Shown piece after piece: positions 29,959 to 44,792 of a stretch of 64,000 nucleotides of DNA. The notes under the pieces were generated by a model. That model saw only the letters and a list, made by a program, of their open reading frames with translations. It had not been told where the DNA came from and made no database searches. The DNA comes from Eledone cirrhosa (Eukaryota), in assembly GCA_964016885.1 (NCBI GenBank), contig OZ024744.1, positions 106,020,001-106,084,000 on the forward strand, written 5' to 3'. The translations under genes and the position numbers were made by a program. The first letter of the stretch is position 1. Every line of letters begins with the position of its first letter.

Positions 29959-31673
29959 AGATCACAGGTAGATATTATATTATCATTGGCTTTTGACAGC
30001 TTTTCATTATAGCTTTCATAATCTTTTGGCTACCATACCATTTCTATCTTCTTAAATTTTATATTTTCACTATTAACACCTTATGAGTTTATATCTGATT
30101 ATATATTTTATTTTATTTGGATTCTTCTTTGAATAACTAACCCCCCCCCCCCCACACACACACATACTTACTTGTCACTCGCCCCTTCAAATATACTATA
30201 ATTATATCCAATTCCCTTTTATGCTCCTTTCTATTGTACAATACAGTATGTTGATTATGATTTTATGCCCTTTCATATCCTCCATACATTTCTTGTTTCT
30301 GTCCCCATTGGCCTACCATAATTCTATTTAAAACCTGTTTATTAGATAACGTTATTCAACTGATAGTTGAATATTTCATTTTTTCCAGATATATTTTTAT
30401 AGTGATATATTTAAATTAGGGGATTTTGATTACTTAAACCATAGCTAAATTTGTATGGACTTATTATGTATTTTATTTACTTTCAATATTAATTAATTTA
30501 ATAGGGTTTTCTAGTCATTTATCCGGGTTTGTTTCCTAAAATTTTTACTTAACTGCATACAACACCTAAGTAAATACTTTTGTTTTTGTTTTTTGATTTC
30601 CGGTTGAATGTTTTTATTTATATATACTACCGTGCGTAGTCTGTCTGACTCTCATTCTCTTATTCACAAACAGCTCTCCACCAACCATGTAATTATGTAT
30701 ATTATACTATGTTCAATATTTTATATTGACATTTTATATCATTCCACTCTTTGTAAACATACTACTGATCATTATTATTTACCAATTATTATATGTACCA
30801 TTATGTTATGTTAAATTCTGTAAATCCTGTAGTATGTTGACATTTTTATAATTCATGTAATGTTTGGATAATATTTATTTATTTACACCAAATGTATAGA
30901 AATTTGATCTATTTTCTTGCAATGGTTTTTATATATTTCCAACATAATTTTTCAAATATAATTTAGTTCTGTACAATATTTTTCTCACCCTGAATGTAAA
31001 TCTATATGATTTGTTAAGTTATATGCCATTATATTATAATATTGTGATTTTAGTTGTTATTGTAAAATTTATATTGTTTGTGCAAATTAACTGGAGATTA
31101 TCTATTATATTATTATATTATTATATAATTATATAGTTTATTATACATTTTATGCTTACTTTTAATCATTCATTTTATACTGTAAATATTATATGCATTA
31201 TATTTTAATTTTATTTTCATTTGTATTTTTCATTTGTATTTTTATTTTTATTTTTATTATTATTATTCTTATTTAAACTCTTGATAGGGGTTAGTTTGTG
31301 CTTCTATTGATGGAAATGTGTATAGATATATATGTATATGTGTGTACATATGTATATATATATATATATATATGTATATTGGGCCTTTTAACATTATTAT
31401 TATTATCATTATTAATTATATTATATTATATTATATTATATTATATTATGTATAGTACAATAATTCCCGCTCTATATCACCACCTCTGTTTTAGCTCTAG
31501 CTTTTGCATTGGACTATATTTGTAATATGGTTCAAAATGTTACTTACTTCCTTAGCAATTAGCACTTGATAATTTTTTACTTGATGATTTTTACCCGATT
31601 ATTTTCCTATGATTTAATCTATGTACACTCCATATTCTTCTTGTATTGGCTGATAGTGCTTCTTATAGCTTTA

Positions 31674-31718
31674 ATTGCCCTGATGAGTCCTTAATAGGAC
31701 GAAACATTGTTGGCTAAT
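31674..31718 (+). ncRNA. Minimal type I hammerhead ribozyme (third copy)
   Basis: Same sequence as 29396-29440. Confidence 0.82.
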
Positions 31719-31762
31719 AAAGACTTTTGATGTATTGAAGGCTTCTTCGATTTATTTTCATA

Positions 31763-33782
<2,020 letters not shown>

Positions 33783-33789
33783 GGTGGCT

Positions 33790-34378
33790 GCCAACTCGTT
33801 TTTGAGTACGGCCACTACTTTATATCCATGTAGGAGAACCCCTACCGATGCGCTAAACGAGTGTGACTTTTTAGTCCAGCCAGCGACTTGAAAACTCTGG
33901 TACAAACACTACACCTGTGACAATTATTGACACATAGTGCTGGGCCCATGGTACCATGTGACGACAAGTGCAGAGAGATCTCCAGATATAAAGCAATGCC
34001 TGTGCCGTGAAGCTTTTATAGTAAGCAAAGGCACTGCACAAAGCCAGTCCCACTCTCTTAACCAAGATGATATTTACCAAAAAGAAGAACAAGTCAACAT
34101 CATTGGATACCATCAGAGTTGCAGGTGTTATATCAGAGTTTTCCTTCTCCTAGAATTCTGCCTTGACAAAGGCTAAGGGGTCATCTCTCCCAGTGATTTT
34201 GGATGGCCATTGACTCTTAAGAGCTCCTTTGCCCTTTGACAGGTTTTGTTTTTAGTCCTGCAGGATGTCCAAAGTCACCCTCCTCACCAAGAAATCTTGG
34301 TAGGGTTGCCAGTTTAGTCGCCAACGACCCGACCATGGGATAGGTTGTACTGGGATACATGTTACCAGTAGCACCAAC
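33790..34378 (-). mobile_element. Interspersed repeat, family unassigned (possibly a LINE 5' region)
   Basis: 34220-34370 on minus is homologous to 52180-52330 on plus (GGTAACATGTA.CCCAGTACAA...GGGTCGT.GGCGACTAAAC.GGCA...GTGAGGAGGGTGA). Confidence 0.55.
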
Positions 34379-34520
34379 ATACATACATGCATACATATAT
34401 ATATACATACATATATACATATATATATATACACATATATATACACATATATACACACACACATATATACACACATATATATATATACATATCTCTCTCT
34501 ATATATAATAGAAGTATTAC

Positions 34521-34635
34521 CTAATGACATAACCAACTAAATGATCAGTGTGATGTAACACAAACAGTGACTTCATAGAAAGTTCACAGGCGCTGCACAG
34601 AGCTGCTGCTCGTTCTGTAGCTATTACATCTTCTC
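34521..34635 (-). CDS. TRAPPC11: TRAPPC11 coding exon 4 (115 nt)
   Basis: (G)[37 protein letters not shown](R); tttcTAG acceptor, AG|GTAATA donor; phase 1 to 2. Confidence 0.95.
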
Positions 34636-34715
34636 CTAGAAACAAACATATCTTAGATTAGTTCATGTAATATTTACTGGAATAGCAACTTATTTATTAA
34701 GCACATAGTTTGTAT

Positions 34716-35553
34716 ATAGAAATACAGTAAATATTATAGACATGGGGCTCATATTACATGTAGGGCTGGACAGACAGTGTTATATATAATACAGTAAATA
34801 TTATAGATATAGGGGTTACATTACATGTGGGGCTAGACAGACAGCGTTATATATAGTACAGTAAATATTATAGACATAGGGGTTACATTACATGTGGGGC
34901 TGGACAGACAGTGTTATATATACTACAGTAAATATTATAGATATAGGGGTTATATTAGATGTAGGGCTGGACAGACAGTGTTATATATAGTACAGTAAAT
35001 ATTATAGACATGGGGCTCATATTACATGTAGGGCTGGACAGACAGTGTTATATATAATACAGTAAATATTATAGATATAGGGGTTACATTACATGTGGGG
35101 CTGGACAGACAGTGTTATATATACTACAGTAAATATTATAGACATGGGGCTCATATTACATGTAGGGCTGGACAGACAGTGTTATATATAATACAGTAAA
35201 TATTATAGATATAGGGGTTACATTACATGTGGGGCTGGACAGACTGTTATATATAATACAGTAAATATTATAGATATAGGGGTTACATTACATGTAGGGC
35301 TGGACAGACAATGTTATATATAATACAGTACATATAGATATAGGGGTTACATTACATGTGGGGCTGGACAGACAGTGTTATATATAGTACAGTAAATATT
35401 ATAGACATAGGGGTTACATTAGATGTAGGGCTGGACAGACAGTGTTATATATAATACAGTAAATATTATAGACATGGGGCTCATATTACATGTAGGGCTG
35501 GACAGACAGTGTTATATATAATACAGTAAATATTATAGACATAGGGGTTACAT
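34716..35553. repeat. 67-bp minisatellite, ~12.5 copies
   Basis: Unit TACAGTAAATATTATAGAYATRGGG...ATTACATGTRGGGCTGGACAGACAGTGTTATATATAA; period 67 (34723 to 34790). Confidence 0.97.
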
Positions 35554-36269
35554 TCTATATATATATATATACAATTTCTTAACTACTTTATCATTGAGTG
35601 CTTCATGACAGTCTTCGGAATTCAATCGGATGTGAATCTGCTACCTGGAACTGTAATTTTGTTTATACTCATTAGTATTATTATTTTTTCCTAGCCTTTA
35701 TAATTAGTTAATTAATTAATTAGTTGATTAATTAATTAATTAATTAATTAATTAATTGATTGTTTAATTGTTAGTTTGATAATCTAGTTGAGAGCTTACT
35801 TCAGGACTGTGAATAGATCTTTTGTTCACACTTTTGAAGATACCCGCCAAAACCCAGGAAGTGACTTTCCTCTTTTTCAGAAAGAACATGTGACCCCACT
35901 GCCATATTTACTCTACAGTCGAATGGCGATGTTGTCTCAGACCTGATGAAAGTGGATACTTGGAACGAAAAACCTGTTGACGAAGGGTAATCTCTGTTCC
36001 ATCTTGGGATACATTACCGACTTGCATATATGTTACGTAACTTGGACTGTAACTTATGGATTCACAGAAACCCATCGAAGATATTTATGATTAATATCTA
36101 TCGTTGTTGTAGTATTAATGCAGCAGCTTGCCTCTGGTCGTATTAATCATTGTATCACATTGCTTAGGCCTATATCTTGAAAGGGGACTTTTTAGGTTCA
36201 AAGCAAAGGTCAGTCAGAGACAAAGAGGGAAAAGGTTATCTGAGTGTTTAGTTTTGTGAACAGAAGCAG

Positions 36270-36585
36270 GCATAGCTGCGTGATTAAGAAGTTTGCTTCA
36301 TAATCACAAGATCTTGAGTTCAATCGCACTCTCGAGCTTCTTTTACCATCGCTTTGACCTAAGCTTGGGGTGGAATTAAGTGTGACCTAGTCACATGTTT
36401 TACTGACTGAGGATAACATTGTAATACAAAGGTGTGACCTAGTCACATGATGTCTTACTGACTGAGGATAACATTAAAGACACATGTAGAATACTGGTCA
36501 CTTACATATTCATTTGATGAAAAGACAGTTGATCAGATAACTGAATGTCCTACAGTTGAAATTAATGTATCATCATCATCATCGA
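36270..36585 (+). mobile_element. Degenerate tRNA-derived SINE with an internal ~50-bp tandem duplication
   Basis: Head gcatagctgcgtgattaagaagtttgc...gagttcaatc; GTGTGACCTAGTCACATG...TACTGACTGAGGATAACATT occurs twice. Confidence 0.5.
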
Positions 36586-36661
36586 ACACTTACAACAGCT
36601 GTCAACTCCTGTCTAACTCAGATTAAACAACAACAATTTAATAAAACAATAATGTTCTCAC

Positions 36662-36732
36662 CTGGCAGAAGAGGTGCATTTTTCTGAATAAGAACAACAT
36701 CAACTTTTGTGCCTCGGCCTAGTAGACTGTTT
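36662..36732 (-). CDS. TRAPPC11: TRAPPC11 coding exon 3 (71 nt)
   Basis: (R)NSLLGRGTKVDVVLIQKNAPLLP(G); ttcttCAG acceptor, G|GTGAGA donor; phase 2 to 1. Not in the ORF track, found by manual translation. Confidence 0.94.
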
Positions 36733-37033
36733 CTGAAGAATAGAAAGAAAAAAAAACAACAAAAGGAGTTAAAAGGATCTTATATTATGTATTCAATGTA
36801 TCCACACATATTTCATCTTTAAAAAAATGCCAACAAATATTTTTATGTGTGTACCATTATCATCAAAGTTTAACATCTTATTTTACATGCTTGCATAGGT
36901 CAGACAGAGCGTCCTCGTACTGAGAAAAGTCTGGCTAGTTGGCAGCGCCGTACCTTGCTCAAATGGAACTGTAATTTGATCAGGTTTTTTACAGCTGGAT
37001 GCCTTTCCTAATAGCAATCATGTTATATATATA

Positions 37034-37384
37034 TCATCATCATTCATCATCATCATTTCATTTTACATCCGCTTTTTCCCTGCTTGCAAGGGTGGGACGG
37101 GAACTGATTCTGGCTTGAGTTCTACAGCTGGATGCCCTTCCTAACACCAACCTCATTTACAGTGAGTGCTGGGTGCTTTTTTGCCGTGGCACCTCCACGA
37201 CCACTTTGCAGTGGAATGATAGGGACTCCAGTCCCTATCATCTCATTTCTACAGCTGAGTAAACTGGAGCAATGTGGAATAAAGTGTCTTGCTCAAGGAA
37301 ACAACACATCACCCGGTCTGAGAATTGAATTCACAACCTTTCGATTGCAAGGCCAATGCTCTAACCACTAAGCCATGTACCTCC
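37034..37384 (-). mobile_element. SINE family B, full length
   Basis: Reverse complement of the 50840-51149 family: tRNA head, CORE-like domain, (GAT)n tail. Confidence 0.9.
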
Positions 37385-37519
37385 ATTATATACATATATA
37401 TATACATATACATTCTGTGTGAGCGAGACATGGTCTCCCGACCATTCCTGCATCAAATGGAACAAAACCGTCTAACCCATGCTAGCGTGGAAGGTGGACG
37501 TTAAACGATGATGATGATG

Positions 37520-37550
<31 letters not shown>

Positions 37551-37553
37551 TAT

Positions 37554-37596
<43 letters not shown>

Positions 37597-37824
37597 TATA
37601 CATACATACATATATATATATACACACATAATTATATATATATATATATATACATACATACCCACAATATATACATATATACACACAAACCCACACATAT
37701 ATATTATTAATGTCTGCTCAACAGTTAATCGTTACCTTAGGTATCAAAGCAGACCCCTATATGAGTCATAATTTTTTTATTATGGTCCAACTAGGGTAAT
37801 ATATATATATATATATATATATAT

Positions 37825-38248
37825 GAAAAAAATATCGTTTTTTACAAAATCAATATAAAAACTGGAAAGAGGTAGGTGAAGTTAAAACAGCTCAAAATAG
37901 AGTAATTTATTATAATAAACAGCACAAAAGGCTATGTATCATACTTCCTTGAAAGATTTTTCAAACAAGCATGTGTACAAAATCCTATTGTGTTATAAAT
38001 AATAGTTACACATGAAGCAAATTATTCATTAAAGTAATTACCAAACACGATTTTACATTAAATATAGATTTACAATCATTTTGTCCCTTATTGGGACTTA
38101 TCAAAATCAATCATTTATAAACCAATACCTCATTATATTGTCTCACCAAATAGACCAACAATTCACGATCAGAACGTTTGTTTACATTTAAAAAGACAAT
38201 CGTAAATCAATATTTAATGTAAAACAGTATTTGGTAATTACTTTAATG
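37825..38248. mobile_element. Old fold-back PLE 3' remnant with a degenerate hammerhead
   Basis: Inverted arms 38027-38076 / 38199-38248. Minus 38067-38108 reads gatt tTGATaA GTCCC aataa GGGAC aAA ATGATTGT A aatc. Between (TA)n tracts. Confidence 0.6.
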
Positions 38249-38412
38249 TATATATATATATACACATACACACACACATATATATATATATATATATTCA
38301 TTACTTAAGCAAAACAAAACCACAAATTTCACAAGGAAGACATTATTAAAAGATTGTCAACATAGTTTTAGTTTAATGTAAGGAATGTAAAGAATAATAA
38401 TGATAATACTAA

Positions 38413-38602
38413 TAATTGTTTCTATTTTAGGCACAAGGCCAGCAATTACCCAGTACATTACTGGTACTTTATTTTATCGACCCCGTAAGGATGAAAGGTA
38501 AAGTTAACTTCAGCAGGATTTGAACTCAGATCGTAAAGGGACGTAACTATGCTGGAAAGCATGGCGTCCAACCCTCTACCGATACTGCCAATCCACCGCC
38601 CT
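38413..38602 (-). mobile_element. SINE family A, full length
   Basis: Homologous to 172-357; replaces part of the left arm of the fold-back. Confidence 0.88.
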
Positions 38603-38763
38603 TATTGGTTCAGTTGAAGATAATTAACTTAGGTAAAATTGTAGCAGCTCATCAGAACTTCAAAATGAGTATAAATTAAAGGACACCATAGTGAAATACC
38701 AATATATGGAACATTACATTCATGTAACCTTCTTTCTTTACTTTAATTTATACTCATTTTGAA

Positions 38764-38858
38764 GTTCCGATGAGCTGCTCCAATTTTACCTAAGTTAAAC
38801 TGAACCAGATCAATAATGATCCAGAAACATTATATGGAGTAGCGAAACAATTGTAAAC
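38764..38858 (+). ncRNA. Hammerhead ribozyme with enlarged stem-loop II (core U>C in this copy)
   Basis: gtt CcGATGA GCTGCTCCA [~52 nt] TGGAGTAGC GAA ACAATTGT A aac. The inverted arm keeps CTGATGA (tcatcag at 38649-38655). Confidence 0.68.
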
Positions 38859-39148
38859 GGACATTATTAGTATTATCCTTATTATTCTTTACATTCCTTA
38901 CATTAAACTAAAACTATGTTGACAATCTTTTAATAATGTCTTCCTTGTGAAATGTGTGGTCTTGTTTTGCTTAAGTAATGAATATTTCCAGCTCTGTGCA
39001 CCTAACCTCTGCATGAACCCAGCCACCTAGCTGCCTTCCACAGCATATTGCACATTGAGCACATGCCTTTACACTTTGGCTTCTAACCAACTCACCAATC
39101 TCTCCTCTCATATCTCCATCTCTCTCTTTAAGATTGGTTACTCTTGAA

Positions 39149-39206
<58 letters not shown>

Positions 39207-39215
39207 CATCATCAA

Positions 39216-39256
<41 letters not shown>

Positions 39257-39446
39257 TATCATCATCATCATTGTTTAATGTCCATCTTCCACGCTAGCAT
39301 GGGTTAGACGGGAGTTGTTCCACTTGAGGCAAGGTTGGTTGGGTGACTGTGTCTTGCTCATCTCGGACTATCTGGCAGGTTTTCTACAGCTGAATTCCCT
39401 TCCTAACACCAACCACATTTACATGTGTATATATAGATACACATAC

Positions 39447-39483
<37 letters not shown>

Positions 39484-39696
39484 TGCTATGCTGAATAGGA
39501 CTCGTCCCACCCTTGCAATTAGGGAAAAGTGGATGTAAAATGACGATGATAAGGGTTGGCAATGTACCTTTTTGTCATGGCACTAGTACAATCAATTTTC
39601 ATGGTCGACTGGGTGTTTTTGTTGTGGCACCAGCACTGTGGGAGAGCAGATTTAGAGTGTGTGTGGCTTTCCATGCATATATCAACATAGTTAAAG

Positions 39697-40812
39697 CTCT
39701 GAGATACTTGAACCTCTCTACCTGCTTCAGTAGAACTCCATTCACATGTAGAGCGCACTGTGCAGGCTTCCATGAGAGGATGAGTGTCTCAATCTTCACA
39801 GCACTGATTTTCATTCCAGCCGTTCAGCATTGGGCGACAAACCTATCAAGTGCAAGTTGGAGATCATCTTCTGACGAGTTAAGTAACACCATGTCATCTG
39901 CAAATTCCAGTCGACTGATCCCTACACCTGCCAGTCGTGATACCACTTCCAGCCTGGCTGTGCATGTCAATTTTGTTCATGAAGATTATGAACAGGAGAG
40001 GTGACAGTACGCATCCTTGGCAGAGTCAGACTTTCACATTGAATGGTTTCTATTTAGAACCATTTATCTGAACACAAATACTATGGCATTCATATAGAGA
40101 CATTAGGGTAAGAAGACACTGTCCATCGATCCCACACTCTTGCAGAACCTCCTCAGGAGCCTTATCTCCAAGGACTTATCTCCAAGCCAAGCTTTGTAAG
40201 CCTCCGTCTTTGCTTGGATGGCATCTTTCATCTCTTGATTGAACCAAGGGTTCCTCCTGCCATCTGGCACCACACCTAGCCTCTTTCGCCAGCAGTATCT
40301 AACAGCTGAAACAGAAACTGCTGTGCTGAACACTACACTCTGTCTCAACGTCCTCTGTTTACTCAGAGAGTTCTCTGAATTTGGATGCAACATTATCTCT
40401 ATACCCGGTCATGACTTCCTTATCTGCCAGTGCTTCCCACATTATCCTGTAGGTTGTCCTGGACCTGCCAGTATTGTGGGCTTCTTTGGCTTTAGGTAGT
40501 CTCAAGTTACAGATAACTAGATGGTGATCAGTTGACATCTCAGCCCCTCTCTTAACACAAACATCCAGCACAGAATCAGAGAGATCAGAGACAATAACAA
40601 AATCCATTATTGATCTCTGTCCCCGATTCCCCTTATACCATGTATATTTATGGATGTCTCTGTGCTGGAAGAAGGTGTTCATAACAGAGAGTCCATTGCT
40701 AGAACAGAAGTCTAATAGGGCTTCTCCATTCATATTTAGATTGGGGTCACCATTCCTTCCAATCACTCCTTTCCATGTCAGGTGGTCAGTGCATTGAAGT
40801 CTCCTATTAGGT
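39697..40812 (-). mobile_element. Degenerate RTE-clade LINE (Expander/Rex3-like), APE plus RT fragments with deletions
   Basis: APE motifs NG..LLDFC, NTFF.H....YTW, IMDFVIVS, RGAEMSTDHHLV; NPWFN; RT MKISAVKIE...QVERFKYL. Confidence 0.85.
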
Positions 40813-40829
40813 TATATAAGTCAGACTTA

Positions 40830-41075
40830 ATTGGGAATAAGAAACTGAGGTATATGAGGAATCAGATGTAGTTTGCAGGAAAGGAGACTGCTTTGGTTGA
40901 AGAAGTGCCAAGAAATCCCAATGGAGTGATGCCGCATTAGACCAAGGAAGACACTCCAATCAGTGAAACTCACAGAGACGTTGAAAGACAACAACAAGTG
41001 GTGAGATGCTGTGCTGAAAAAGATTCATCCAACTCCTGTAAGTGTGGAACAGAGGATGTAAAATGATGATGATGT
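40830..41075 (+). mobile_element. Highly degenerate RTE LINE 3' end
   Basis: aagtggtgagatgctgtgctgaaaa...tgtaagtgtggaa..gatgtaaaatgatgatgatg parallels 46935-47030. Confidence 0.6.
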
Positions 41076-41339
41076 TATATATTTATTTATAACAGAGAGT
41101 GAGATGATGATGATGATCTATAAATATATTTATATGTGTGTCATCATCATCATCATCATCATCATCGTTTAACGTCCATGTTCCACGTGTGTGTTAATGT
41201 TTTAGTGTCTTCACTTTGGCTCTAGGGAGTGTACCCCCCCCCCCCATTGAACAGAACCTTGAAAATGTCGACTGCCCCATGCCATTATAGAAAAGTGGGA
41301 TGTAAAAACAAAGATGATATATTCAATATAAGATTTTAC

Positions 41340-41512
41340 CTCACAATTTCAACACGAGTTGCACATTCCATTTGTTTCTCCTTCCACATTGGTTCATCCC
41401 AATCCAAGTCAAAAAAGATAACTACAACAGCAGGAACATGGCTTAAATGTTTGTTCATCCATGATCTCTTTAAGATTCCTTTAGGAATATACCATTCATA
41501 TGATGTCCGTTG
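41340..41512 (-). CDS. TRAPPC11: TRAPPC11 coding exon 2 (173 nt)
   Basis: [57 protein letters not shown](R); tttCAG acceptor, AG|GTAAAA donor; phase 0 to 2. Confidence 0.96.
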
Positions 41513-41779
41513 CTGAAATAATAAACATGAAAACTTAATAATAGCTGTATATTTTTTCTTCACACATATACACACACATATATACACACGCACACACACA
41601 CACCATCATCATCATCTATTTTCCATGGTGACATGAATTGGACAAGTCACCATGGTCTGGGTCATGTCTTATCTAGAGTAACTGCTCTTCTAGATGGGTC
41701 AGTAAAGTAAACCTCACACATACACTTTAACATTTGGCATCGTCACTCTCACCAGATGTCCTTCCTATCATCAACCACT

Positions 41780-41912
41780 TACCAGAGTGAACTGGGTGTA
41801 TTTTATCATGACACTTTACAGTGTGTACTGGGTACATTTTATCATGACACTTTACAGAGTGTACTGGGTACATTTTATCATGATAATTTACAGAGTGTAT
41901 TTTATCATGACA
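41780..41912. repeat. 36-bp tandem repeat, ~3.5 copies, inside a SINE-tail-type relic
   Basis: TTTTATCATGACACTTTACAGAGTGTACTGGGTACA repeated. Confidence 0.8.
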
Positions 41913-42184
41913 CCAACAATAAAGGAGTTGTCATCTCCTTGACCAGATGACCATTCATTGGTCAACCACTTTACACACAGCCATATGTACATAAACATTC
42001 ACAAATGTTCTAACACATGCATATTGATGAAAACTATAATGAACATATACATATATATATGTAGGAGGTGAGTTTTATTGTAGCACAATAAAGCAATGCA
42101 AATATCGGATAAGTAGCACTCTACAGTTTGTAGGACTGGAGTATAAATAATATAAGATCAAAAGATGGTTAAAAGAGTTCCAAG

Positions 42185-42255
42185 TATTTTATTATACGCA
42201 TTTCAAAAACAAATATCATCATGGGATGATATCTGCGTTTTCATCAGATAAAATA
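42185..42255 (-). ncRNA. Type I hammerhead ribozyme (sense to TRAPPC11)
   Basis: TATTTTAT CTGATGA aaacgCAGATATCATC ccat GATGATATTTG ttttt GAA ATGCGTAT A ATAAAATA: 8-bp stem I, long stem II, AUA triplet. Confidence 0.85.
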
Positions 42256-43307
42256 GGGATACATGATATGAAGCTTAAAAAACACTTGTGAATAGTGAAG
42301 TTTTTAAATCAACATATGAAAAATAATTTAAGATTGATGTATGAGATTGGGAAAAAGTGAGGGTGGGTTGGAAAAGGTAAGGAAGAGGAGGAGATGAGAG
42401 TAAAGAATGGTGGGGGAGGAGTATAAGAAGGAAGGATGAGAGAGGAGGAGAGATGGTTGATAGAGAGAGAGAGATAGCCTTTACAACTGAGAAAAAAATA
42501 TACATTGTCTCACAGAGAGAAGTTAAAAGGCCGTTGGAAGATAATAGATAATTTAAAAGAATTTGAAATTAAAAGTTAATGAGGTTTATGCGTGAAGAGA
42601 AAAAGGGATTAAGAATAATATTAAATTAAGGTTTGTATATTGAAGGGTTTAATAATATGTGCGAGGAAAAGAAATTATTAATATGCATTATTAAAATTAA
42701 AATATTAATGTTATTAAGGATATAATGTGAAAAGAAGTAGAAGAATGAATGAGTTATGAATTTAGAGGAATTAGTTAGGGTTTAAATTTGTTTTTATGTA
42801 ATGTAATATATGTGCGTAAATAGTTTGTTTAAAAATGAGCGCAGAAGGCAAAGAAGAAAAGAATGTTTAAGGAAGAAAATATCTAACATAAAAAAATATA
42901 TGTTTACGAAATATTTTCTAATGGTAATAATATAATATATTAAAAGAAATTAGTTAGGGTTTAAGTTTGTTTTTATGTATTGTAATATGTAAAAGTCAAA
43001 TGAGCATGAAAGGATGAGATAAAGGAATTTAAGGAAGAAAAATCTAACGTAAAAAAAAATGTTTATGTTTATGAAGGACTATTAAAGGTAATACTATAAT
43101 GTATTAAAAAAATAATAATAATTTTTATGGCCAATGATATGAGAGATATGAGGAAAGATGGAAGAATGGATAATGTTGTGGTGAGTAATAATAAGAATTG
43201 AAGAACCTTTCTCCAAGAGATGTTATAGTTAATATTTTTGTCTTTCAAGGACCATATGAGTTCTGAGAGTACCGTGTTAGTTCTTTTAAGTTGGTATTTA
43301 AACGTCT

Positions 43308-43559
43308 TTTAAATACCAACTTAAAAGAACTAACACGGCACTCTCAGAATTCATATGGTCCTTGAAAGACAAAAATATTAACTATAACATCTCTTGGAGA
43401 AAAGTTTGTTCTGCCTCCCTATCCAGAACATGTAATCTTTGCCTAGCTGAGAAATTTACCATTATATCTAATTTCAATTCTATAATAAATAGACGCACGG
43501 ATTTATTTTCTCTCTGCTTGCATAAATTCCACAGAACATTCCATAAAGTATACAGCTAA
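43308..43559 (+). pseudogene. C-terminal fragment of a PLE GIY-YIG endonuclease
   Basis: FKYQLKRTNTALSEFIWSLKDKNINYNISWRKV...CNLCLAEKFTII...INRRTDLFSLCLH aligns by eye with STSLAHHIWDLK...YSLSWRIV...CNLCILE...LNRKSEIFSSCPH at 27180-27390. Confidence 0.88.
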
Positions 43560-44721
43560 TATCTAATACCTTACTAGTTTAAAATCCTTTTTCTCAAAGG
43601 CTTATATATCTTTGAAAAATATACCCATCTTTCTACCTTATTTCAATATTATTTATTATATATTATATAATACAAGTTACTCATTCTATATCATTCCTCT
43701 TTATCACTTCCTTTCTTCCTCTTTTCTTTTTAATTTCTAACCTCTAATCTGTACTTTTTCTTCCTAACTACTTCTCAATTCTTATTATTACTCACCACAA
43801 CATTATCCATTCTTCCATCTTTCCTCATATCTCTCATATCATTGGCCATAAAAATTATTATTTTTTTTTTAATACATTATAGTATTACCTTTAATAGTCC
43901 TTCGTAAACATAAACATTTTTTTTTACGTTAGATTTTTCTTCCTTAAATTCCTTTATCTCATCCTTTCATGCTCATTTGACTTTTACATATTACAATACA
44001 TAAAAACAAACTTAAACCCTAACTAATTTCTTTTAATATATTATATTATTACCATTAGAAAATATTTCATAAACATATATTTTTTTATGTTAGATATTTT
44101 CTTCCTTAAACATTCTTTTCTTCTTTGCCTTCTGCGCTCATTTTTAAACAAACTATTTACGCACATATATTACATTACATAAAAACAAATTTAAACCCTA
44201 ACTAATTCCTCTAAATTCATAACTTATTCATTCTTCTACTTCTTTTCACATTATATCCTTAATAACATTAATATTTTTATTTTAATAATACATATTAATA
44301 ATTTCTTTTCCTTGCACATATTATTAAACCCTTCAATATACAAACCTTAATTTAATATTATTCTTAATCCCTTTTTCTCTTCACGCATAAACCTCATTAA
44401 CTTTTAATTTCAAATTCTTTTAAATTATCTATTATCTTCCAACGGCTTTTTAACTTCTCTCTGTGAGATAATGTATATTTTTTTCTCAGTTGTAAAGGCT
44501 ATCTCTCTCTCTCTATCAACCATCTCTCCTCTCTCATCCTTCCTTCTTATACTCCTCCCCCACCATTCTTTACTCTCATCTCCTCCTCTTCCTTACCTTT
44601 TCCAACCCCTCCCACCCTCACTTTTTCCCAATCTCATACATCAATCTTAAATTATTTTTCATATGTTGATTTAAAACCTCACTATTCACAAGTGTTTTGT
44701 AAGCTTCATATCATGTATCCC

Positions 44722-44792
44722 TATTTTATCTGATGAAAATGCAGATATCATCCCATGATGATATTTGTTTTTGAAATGCGCATAATAAAATA
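44722..44792 (+). ncRNA. Type I hammerhead ribozyme
   Basis: TATTTTAT CTGATGA ...long stem II... GAA ATGCGCAT A ATAAAATA; stem III is a perfect palindrome. Confidence 0.87.

Larger units (their letters stand above)
23638..31762 (+). mobile_element. Penelope-like retroelement complex (Naiad-like), 5'-truncated, with nested inverted repeats
   Basis: Order: inverted 3'UTR (23738-25602), RT/GIY-YIG (25624-27449), 3'UTR (27450-29483), inverted RT fragment plus a third 3'UTR copy (29484-31762). Each 3'UTR ends in a hammerhead motif and AATAAA. (TA)n on both flanks. Confidence 0.93.
38294..38985. mobile_element. Fold-back PLE 3' remnant, left arm interrupted by a SINE
   Basis: Inverted arms 38294-38681 / 38741-38985; hammerhead motif in the right arm. 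Confidence 0.75.

Noticed and set aside
24772-30814. Repeated 68-78 aa ORFs (24772, 28233, 30608)
   Set aside because: Chance ORFs in three copies of the AT-rich PLE 3'UTR.
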